Positions 58,057 to 64,000 of a stretch of 64,000 nt of DNA are shown here, in pieces. Source of the stretch: Gammaproteobacteria bacterium (GTDB lineage: Bacteria > Pseudomonadota > Gammaproteobacteria > SZUA-229); NCBI GenBank assembly GCA_015488295.1, contig WFOC01000079.1, positions 39,009 through 103,008 on the forward strand. Reading direction: 5' to 3'. A program made the translations under genes and the position numbers. Position 1 is the first letter of the stretch. Each line of letters opens with the position of its first letter. The notes beneath the pieces were generated by a model. The model was not told the DNA's origin and made no database searches. It worked only from the letters and a program-made list of their open reading frames with translations.

Positions 58057-58274
58057 ACCTATCTCCTACAGTTTATACAGCACGGATTATTTTCGATGAG
58101 CACATAATAACCTGTGCCCTGACAAACACAACGCCTATTTAAAACCGGTTTCTGCAAAGATCAAACTGGCATGAAATGCGTTATAAATTAAAATAACAGA
58201 GGGCATAAAAAATACCCACCCTGCGGCCGCAGGGTGGGTACATTTTTATACCCGGACTGTAAACCAAAGTTTAA

Positions 58275-60608
58275 CTATGCCACATTCTTCTTTACAGAAG
58301 CATAATCAGCCGCCAGTTTTTTACTGGCTTCAACCATGTTTACCAGCGCCGGTTTTACTTCATCCCAGTGGCGGGTTTTTAAACCACAATCCGGGTTCAC
58401 CCAAAGCCGCTCTGCCGGAATACGCTGCGTAGCTTTTTCCATCAACTCAACCATCGATTCCACAGTCGGAATGTTTGGCGAGTGAATATCGTATACGCCG
58501 GGGCCGATCTGGTTGGGATACTGGAACTCGTCAAACACATCCAGCAGTTCCATGTCCGAGCGTGAGGTTTCGATGGTAATCACATCGGCATCCATATCGG
58601 CAATGGCTTCAATAATGTCGTTAAACTCGGAGTAACACATGTGCGTGTGAATCTGGGTTTCATCGGCAACACCATTGGCAGTAATACGAAACGCCTTGAT
58701 CGCCCAGTCGAGATAAGTCGTCCATTGCTTTTTGCGCAGAGGCAGACCTTCACGCAACGCCGCTTCATCAATCTGGATAATCTGCACGCCGGCTTTTTCC
58801 AGGTCCAGCACTTCATCACGAATCGCCAGTGCCAGTTGTAAACAGGTTTCAGCACGTGGCTGGTCATCGCGCACAAACGACCAGTTGAGAATGGTCACCG
58901 GTCCGGTCAACATGCCTTTCATCGGTTTCTCGGTAAGCGACTGCGCGTAATTGATCCAGTCCACGGTCATGGCTTCGGGACGTGTTATGTCACCGAAAAT
59001 AACCGGCGGTTTAACACAGCGTGAACCGTAAGACTGCACCCAGCCAAAGCGGGTGAAAACATAACCAGTGAGCTGCTCACCAAAATATTCCACCATGTCA
59101 TTTCGTTCCGGCTCACCATGAACCAGCACATCCAGCCCCAGCGCTTCCTGCTCACGCACACAATCGGCGATTTCTTTTTTCATCACCTCGACATATTGCT
59201 GCTCGGAAATATCACCCTTGCGAAAATCACTGCGGGTCTGGCGGATTTCCTTCGTTTGCGGAAACGAACCGATGGTGGTGGTCGGGTACAACGGCAGCTG
59301 GAATTTTTGTTGCTGAATTTCAGCACGCTGAGCATAAGGCGACTGCCTGTCAGCCATGCTGTCATCCACGCTGGCAACACGCTCTCGCACAGCAGCAACA
59401 TGTACACGATCAGATTTTGTGCGCGTTTCAATGGCGGCAAAATTATCCACCAGTTTCTCACTGACGCTTTCACGACCTTCATTCAGCGCCTGCGCCAGCA
59501 CTTTCAACTCATCAAGTTTCTGCACTGCAAAGGCCAGCCAGGATTTCACTTCGCTGTCCAGTTCCTGTTCATTTTCCAGATCAACCGGTACGTGCAACAA
59601 GGAACATGACGGTGCCAGCCAGAGACGATTTTGCAACTGCGCATACACCGGCTCCAGCCAGTTAAGCGTTTCCGCCAGATTGGTTTTCCAGATGTTGCGA
59701 CCATTGATCACGCCCAGGGATAAAACTTTATCTTCAGACAGATGCGCAATCACCTCATCAACTTCGTGCTGCGCATTGATGGCATCGATGTGCAGACCAT
59801 CCACCGGCAGGGCACAGGCCAGCGTCAGATTCTCCTGCAACTCACCAAAGTAAGTCGCCAGCAGAATTTTTACCGGTGCCTGTGACAGCAGGTCATAAGC
59901 TTTTTTCATCGCCTGCTGCCACTCATCAGAAAGCTCGGTGACCAGAATCGGCTCATCAATCTGCATCCAGCGCACACCCGCTTTTGCCAGTGTCTGCAGT
60001 AATTCGAGATACACTTTCAGCAGATCATCAAGCAGCGCCAGCTTGTTGCTGTCATCTCTGGCCTTGCCCAGCCACAGATAAGTTACCGGGCCGATGATCA
60101 CCGGCTTAACATTAACGCACTGCTCACGAGCCTGTTTGATCTGTTGCAACAGAACCTCGGCATTCAATGAAAACTGCGTGTCTTTATCAAACTCCGGCAC
60201 GATGTAGTGATAATTGGTGTCGAACCATTTGGTCATCTCCCCTGCACTAACGCAGGAGCAGGCTGACTCATCCACCGCCGAACGACCGCGGGCAACACGG
60301 AAATAGTTGTCCAGTGTGTTGTCATCCTTATCATGAGCATGGTCGTGAGCATGATTGAGCTCGCGCACACGTGCCGGCACATTGCCCAGCAAAAAGCTCA
60401 TGTCCAGCACCTGGTCATAAAATGAAAAGTCACCGACCGGTGTCAGGTCAAGGCCCTCCTGAATCTGCCAGTGCTGCTGACGCAGCTCGCTGCCGGTCTG
60501 CTCCAGAGCTTTTTGCGTAATTTCTCGCCGCCAGTATTTTTCCAGAGCAAACTTCAGCTCACGCTTTTTACCGATACGGGGAAAACCAAGGTTGTGTGTT
60601 GTGATCAT
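58275..60608 (-). CDS. metE: Cobalamin-independent methionine synthase MetE
   Basis: Starts [23 protein letters not shown]. About 777 aa with duplicated (beta/alpha)8 halves. The listed ORF extends upstream of the true ATG at 60608. Confidence 0.9.
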   Translation of the reverse strand: MITTHNLGFPRIGKKRELKFALEKYWRREITQKALEQTGSELRQQHWQIQEGLDLTPVGDFSFYDQVLDMSFLLGNVPARVRELNHAHDHAHDKDDNTLDNYFRVARGRSAVDESACSCVSAGEMTKWFDTNYHYIVPEFDKDTQFSLNAEVLLQQIKQAREQCVNVKPVIIGPVTYLWLGKARDDSNKLALLDDLLKVYLELLQTLAKAGVRWMQIDEPILVTELSDEWQQAMKKAYDLLSQAPVKILLATYFGELQENLTLACALPVDGLHIDAINAQHEVDEVIAHLSEDKVLSLGVINGRNIWKTNLAETLNWLEPVYAQLQNRLWLAPSCSLLHVPVDLENEQELDSEVKSWLAFAVQKLDELKVLAQALNEGRESVSEKLVDNFAAIETRTKSDRVHVAAVRERVASVDDSMADRQSPYAQRAEIQQQKFQLPLYPTTTIGSFPQTKEIRQTRSDFRKGDISEQQYVEVMKKEIADCVREQEALGLDVLVHGEPERNDMVEYFGEQLTGYVFTRFGWVQSYGSRCVKPPVIFGDITRPEAMTVDWINYAQSLTEKPMKGMLTGPVTILNWSFVRDDQPRAETCLQLALAIRDEVLDLEKAGVQIIQIDEAALREGLPLRKKQWTTYLDWAIKAFRITANGVADETQIHTHMCYSEFNDIIEAIADMDADVITIETSRSDMELLDVFDEFQYPNQIGPGVYDIHSPNIPTVESMVELMEKATQRIPAERLWVNPDCGLKTRHWDEVKPALVNMVEASKKLAADYASVKKNVA

Positions 60609-60693
60609 GTTCTTTCTCTCGACAATTGCAAATAATATGGACGCATTGTATGCTTTGCCATAAATGAGAAAAAGTGATTTAAATTTAACAAAG

Positions 60694-60708
60694 CATGAGG
60701 TTTTCTCA
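60694..60708. promoter_or_regulatory. MetR-box-like palindrome ATGAGGTTTTCTCAT in the metE-metR divergent intergenic region
   Basis: TGAG-N5-CTCA dyad resembling the MetR site TGAA-N5-TTCA, located between divergent metE and metR. Confidence 0.35.
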
Positions 60709-60735
60709 TGCATGTAACGCGACAGTAAAACCCTC

Positions 60736-61647
60736 ATGATCGAACACAGTCATTTAAGAATCATCCAGGCACTGTACAGCAACGGCACCCTCACCGAAGC
60801 AGCCAACAGCCTGTGCCTGAGCCAGTCAGCGCTGTCACACCAGATTCGCTACCTGGAAAAGAAGCTGGCCCTGTCGCTGTGGGAGCGTGATGGCCGCTGC
60901 CTGCGCCTGACTCAGGCTGGTCAGCTTCTGCTGCAAACCGCACAGCAGGTGTTGCCGGTTTTGTCGCAGGCAGAAAAAACCCTGAAGGCCTACAGCGAAG
61001 GCCGCCAGGGTGTACTGCGCATCGGCGTGGAATGTTACCCCTGTTATGAATGGCTGACCGGTGTGGTCGGTACATTTCTTGAGGTGATGCCGGATGTGGA
61101 AATCGACATCGTCAACAAATTCCAGTTTTCCGGACTGGAAGGTTTGCTCAACCACCACATCGATGTGCTCATCACCCCCGACCCGGTACGCAAAAAAGAA
61201 ATCCAGTACGAACCGCTGGCCGAGTATGAAACCGTGCTGGTGGTCGCCAAAACACACCCGCTGGCCACCCTCAAAACACTGAAACCCGAACACCTGGTCA
61301 GCGAAACCCTGCTCACCTTTCCGGTGCCACAGGATCGGCTCGACATTCTCACCCAGTTTTTAAAACCGGCACAGCTCAGCCCGGAAAAACTCAAGGAAAT
61401 TGAGTCCATCGATCTCATGCTGCAACTGGTCGCACTGCAACGCGGTGTCTGCGTGCTGCCCGAATGGCTGGCGGATAATTACTGCAAAACCATGTCGCTG
61501 AAAAAAATTCGCATCGGCCGAACCGGTCTGCACAAGGAGCTGCTGATTGCTTTACGAAAGAGTGATTTGAAGATTCCTTACATCGAACGTTTTATCGAGT
61601 TCGGTCGAAAAACAGCAAGCAAATCCTTTCACCACACAGCCGGATAA
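60736..61647 (+). CDS. metR: LysR-family transcriptional activator MetR
   Basis: N-terminal [38 protein letters not shown]. Divergent from metE. Confidence 0.85.
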   Translation: MIEHSHLRIIQALYSNGTLTEAANSLCLSQSALSHQIRYLEKKLALSLWERDGRCLRLTQAGQLLLQTAQQVLPVLSQAEKTLKAYSEGRQGVLRIGVECYPCYEWLTGVVGTFLEVMPDVEIDIVNKFQFSGLEGLLNHHIDVLITPDPVRKKEIQYEPLAEYETVLVVAKTHPLATLKTLKPEHLVSETLLTFPVPQDRLDILTQFLKPAQLSPEKLKEIESIDLMLQLVALQRGVCVLPEWLADNYCKTMSLKKIRIGRTGLHKELLIALRKSDLKIPYIERFIEFGRKTASKSFHHTAG

Positions 61648-61783
61648 AGTCACCGCTATGGTTTTCCTGTAGTAATATAAGTTTCATGTCGGCCACCCGC
61701 TCTCGGCTCTACACATGCCTGCCAGCGCTTCTATCGCTCTTTCTAGTGAGCAATATCACCATGGCGCAGAATGAAAGTCCCTA

Positions 61784-61888
61784 CTAGAAAATAAACAATG
61801 CAGAAAAACAGGCAATACCAAAAATAATTACCCATGCAGCAATCTCTATAATTATTTTTTCCTGATCAATCATTGTTTTAACTTTCAT
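61784..61888 (-). CDS. Possible 34-aa hydrophobic small protein (MKVKTMIDQEKIIIEIAAWVIIFGIACFSALFIF) with strong AGGAGA RBS
   Basis: Hand-translated from the minus strand. The Shine-Dalgarno AGGAGA lies 8 nt upstream of the ATG, and the product has a single predicted TM helix. Too short to appear in the ORF track. Confidence 0.25.
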   Translation of the reverse strand: MKVKTMIDQEKIIIEIAAWVIIFGIACFSALFIF

Positions 61889-62174
61889 AATTACCATCTC
61901 CTAAATTCTGGTTAATACTACCAACCAGCAAGTCGCATGCCAGAAACAGGCCTTGCCTCAAAAGCCTGGAAAACACCTCAGATAAAAAAACCTTAAACCC
62001 CGGAAAACGCTTTATACAGGCGGTTTCCTGATGATTTCGTAAAAACACAGCCGCCTTTATTATCCCGCCCGGCATGCAGTCATTCACGCGAAAAATGAGA
62101 GAAAAAGTCAGGTTTCAGTCAAACCTGTAATTAATCTGACATTCGATATTTTTTTTCAGACAATTTTAAAAAAC

Positions 62175-62537
62175 ATGGCACTGGCAAAAAGGGGAGGAAC
62201 AGGTCATTTGACACTGTCGCATTTAGTCAAACAGCAGACACAGGCCGATACACGGCGAAAGCGTCGCTGGAAAAGGCGCTTAAAAACGCGTGCCGCAACA
62301 ATAAAAAAACAACTGCAAACAGAAAACCGTCTCCACAAAGCCATGCAGGAAATACACACCACCAGCGACCACTACCGCCACTCTTGCCTGCTCTGGATTT
62401 TGCTACAGATGTTCAGCCTGTTCGACTACGAGACCGGCCTGCAGGCCATCAACGATAAAACCGCTTATAGCTCATGGTTATCGACTAACAGAAAGAGTAA
62501 TAACCGGATTCATCAGACCTGCATACCTCCAGTGTGA
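62175..62537 (+). CDS. Hypothetical basic protein
   Basis: ORF only. Arg/Lys-rich N-terminus, no recognisable motif. Confidence 0.2.
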   Translation: MALAKRGGTGHLTLSHLVKQQTQADTRRKRRWKRRLKTRAATIKKQLQTENRLHKAMQEIHTTSDHYRHSCLLWILLQMFSLFDYETGLQAINDKTAYSSWLSTNRKSNNRIHQTCIPPV

Positions 62538-62638
62538 TTATTCCATAGATCATATTCATCTTTAAAATTAGCATGCCAAAGTATCAATATATATGCCACT
62601 CGTATACACTAATCGACAACCATCTTCTGTGAAAAACT

Positions 62639-64000
62639 ATGTTTGGTGTCAGGTTAAAAAACATTATAAAAACGTGGAATAATCTACGCATTGGCACACG
62701 CCTGACCATCGGTGTGACCATCATTTTATTGCTCACCCTCATCGTCGGTCTGGTGGGCTGGGTCACACTGGAATCACAGGCGCGCTCGCAGATACTGGCA
62801 ACCCAGTCCATCGACCTGGTCAGCGCATTACGCGCTGCACGACAGGGTGAAAAAAACTACATGCTCAGCGGCGATGCCCGCCACATCAAAGAAACCCTGG
62901 AAGCCATCGAAAACATCCGTAAAAATGCGGAGAAACTCAAAGCAGCACTACCGGAAAACAAACGCGAAAACATCACCCAGCTACTCACACAGCGCGACAA
63001 TTACCAGACCGAGTTTGAAAATTTCGTCAAGCTCAATAATAAAAAAGCACAAAGTTTAAATGAGATGGTGGCGCAGGGGCGCGAACTGGAAAACACTGCG
63101 GTTACCCTGCGTGATGACCAGAAAAAAGAGCTGCAACGGCTGGAAACACTGGCCATCACCTCCTCCAACGAGCGCCAGGAAAAAAGCAAAAAGGCAGATG
63201 ATGCAAACCGCATGATCAAGCTCATGGGAGAGGCTCGCCAGCAGGAGAAAAACTTTCTGTTACGCAATAACCCGCGTTATGCCGAAACAACCCATAATCT
63301 GGTCGACAAGCTCATCCATCAGGCAACATCAACCAGGGCACGTTTCTCCGATAAAGAAAACAAAGACCTGGCGCAGCAAATCATTCTGGCTGCCAGACAA
63401 TATCTCAATGAGCTGGATAAAGTAAAAGCCGGCAGAAAAAAGAACGATGCCGCACTAGCAACCATGATCCAGCTGGGGCGTTCAGTTGAAAAACACTCAA
63501 TAAAACTGCGTGAAAACCAGAAACAGGAACTACTTAAACTCGAACAGTTAACCAACCAGGATATTGAACAACGCTCGAACAAACGCAAAAAAGTCGAATC
63601 CGCAAACCGCATCATCAAACTCATGAGCGAAGCACGGCATCAGGAGAAAAATTTCCTGCTACGCAAAGAAAAGCCCTATGCCGACATCACCCGCACACTG
63701 GTATCCGAAATGATCAACGAAGCCAGTCTATTACGTGATCAGTTTAATGACCCGGAAAATCAGGCACTGACAACACAGATTATTGAAGCGGCAAAAACCT
63801 ATCTCAAAGAATTCAATAAAGTAGTAAAAATCACAGCAACAAACACCCATGCCCAGGACACCATGGCCTCACTCGGGCGAAAGGTAGAAGATCGCGCCTC
63901 ACAGTTACGCGGTGACCAGAAACACGAACTGCAACGTCTGGAACACTTATCAACCTACTCATCAAAACAACGTCTTGATAAACGCATCAAGGCCGACGCT
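62639..64000 (+). CDS. Membrane-anchored sensor protein with an N-terminal CHASE3-like module followed by two tandem repeats carrying a CHASE3-like motif; 3'-truncated by window edge
   Basis: Frame is open from the ATG at 62639 to the window end (454 codons, hand-translated). N-terminal TM anchor. The CHASE3-like motif occurs three times: once as ARQGEKNYMLSGD in the N-terminal module, and as ARQQEKNFLLR and ARHQEKNFLLR in two longer tandem repeats of about 115 aa. Confidence 0.6.
   Translation, partial: MFGVRLKNIIKTWNNLRIGTRLTIGVTIILLLTLIVGLVGWVTLESQARSQILATQSIDLVSALRAARQGEKNYMLSGDARHIKETLEAIENIRKNAEKLKAALPENKRENITQLLTQRDNYQTEFENFVKLNNKKAQSLNEMVAQGRELENTAVTLRDDQKKELQRLETLAITSSNERQEKSKKADDANRMIKLMGEARQQEKNFLLRNNPRYAETTHNLVDKLIHQATSTRARFSDKENKDLAQQIILAARQYLNELDKVKAGRKKNDAALATMIQLGRSVEKHSIKLRENQKQELLKLEQLTNQDIEQRSNKRKKVESANRIIKLMSEARHQEKNFLLRKEKPYADITRTLVSEMINEASLLRDQFNDPENQALTTQIIEAAKTYLKEFNKVVKITATNTHAQDTMASLGRKVEDRASQLRGDQKHELQRLEHLSTYSSKQRLDKRIKADA

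Noticed and set aside
60609-60737. Upstream extension of the metE ORF ([16 protein letters not shown]...)
   Set aside because: The canonical MetE N-terminus [18 protein letters not shown] starts at 60608. The extension would run through the metR promoter and start region.
1-64000. Mobile elements, integrases, CRISPR arrays, tRNA/rRNA genes
   Set aside because: No transposase or integrase-like ORFs, no spacer-repeat arrays, and no tRNA- or rRNA-like sequences were recognisable by eye anywhere in the window.

Overview
This 64-kb window reads as a chromosomal segment from a sulfur-oxidising, denitrifying gammaproteobacterium-like organism. Genes are densely packed on both strands and most are confidently recognisable. 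No rRNA, tRNA, CRISPR array, transposase or integrase was found.

Gene content in order:
- 1-2252: phoR (5' end truncated by the window edge) and pstS.
- 2607-8788: a sat / aprBA sulfur-oxidation locus, with an ApbE flavin transferase and a DUF971-MoaD-like fusion gene sitting between sat and aprBA.
- 9051-10591: a YkgJ-type Fe-S protein and a metallophosphoesterase, flanked by a small GTTGGCAG hairpin repeat family.
- 10687-15831: an ECF sigma / anti-sigma pair whose anti-sigma carries a periplasmic DsrE-like domain, divergent from a TlpA-like CxxC oxidoreductase, two secreted DsrE-like paralogs, a porin and a DUF302 lipoprotein. This is the best candidate for an undescribed periplasmic sulfur/thiol-sensing signalling module.
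- 16018-17379: a PA2779/PA2778 pair (C39-like peptidase with TPR).
- 17505-21163: selU, then a complete AmmeMemoRadiSam B-A-radical SAM triad.
- 21250-28772: a PEP-CTERM protein, a DUF2784 membrane protein, moeA-moaB, a two-component pair, an OmpA-like protein and a DUF4258-like small ORF.
- 29319-43090: a full napFDAGHBC operon, moaA, nirS, an unusual NapC/NirT tetraheme fused to a diheme domain, an amicyanin-like cupredoxin and a NirN-like cd1 paralog.
- 43186-48313: fabV, a hypothetical, an alkA-like glycosylase, a rhodanese, and a divergent ferritin/rubrerythrin-like paralog pair.
- 48522-58056: a nosRZDFYL cluster and a CDGSH-glutamate-synthase-like fusion.
- 58275-64000: metE/metR, then a 3'-truncated sensor with a CHASE3-like module and two tandem repeats of a CHASE3-like motif.

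Regulatory signals:
- A recurring TTGAYNTARGTCAA box (FNR/Dnr-type) sits upstream of napF and nirS (two copies), and a perfect FNR box sits between nosR and the rubrerythrin-like gene.
- Two unusually long, near-perfect inverted-repeat elements lie at the 3' ends of apbE and the DUF971 gene and share a CCACAGA...AAGCTTTTA signature.
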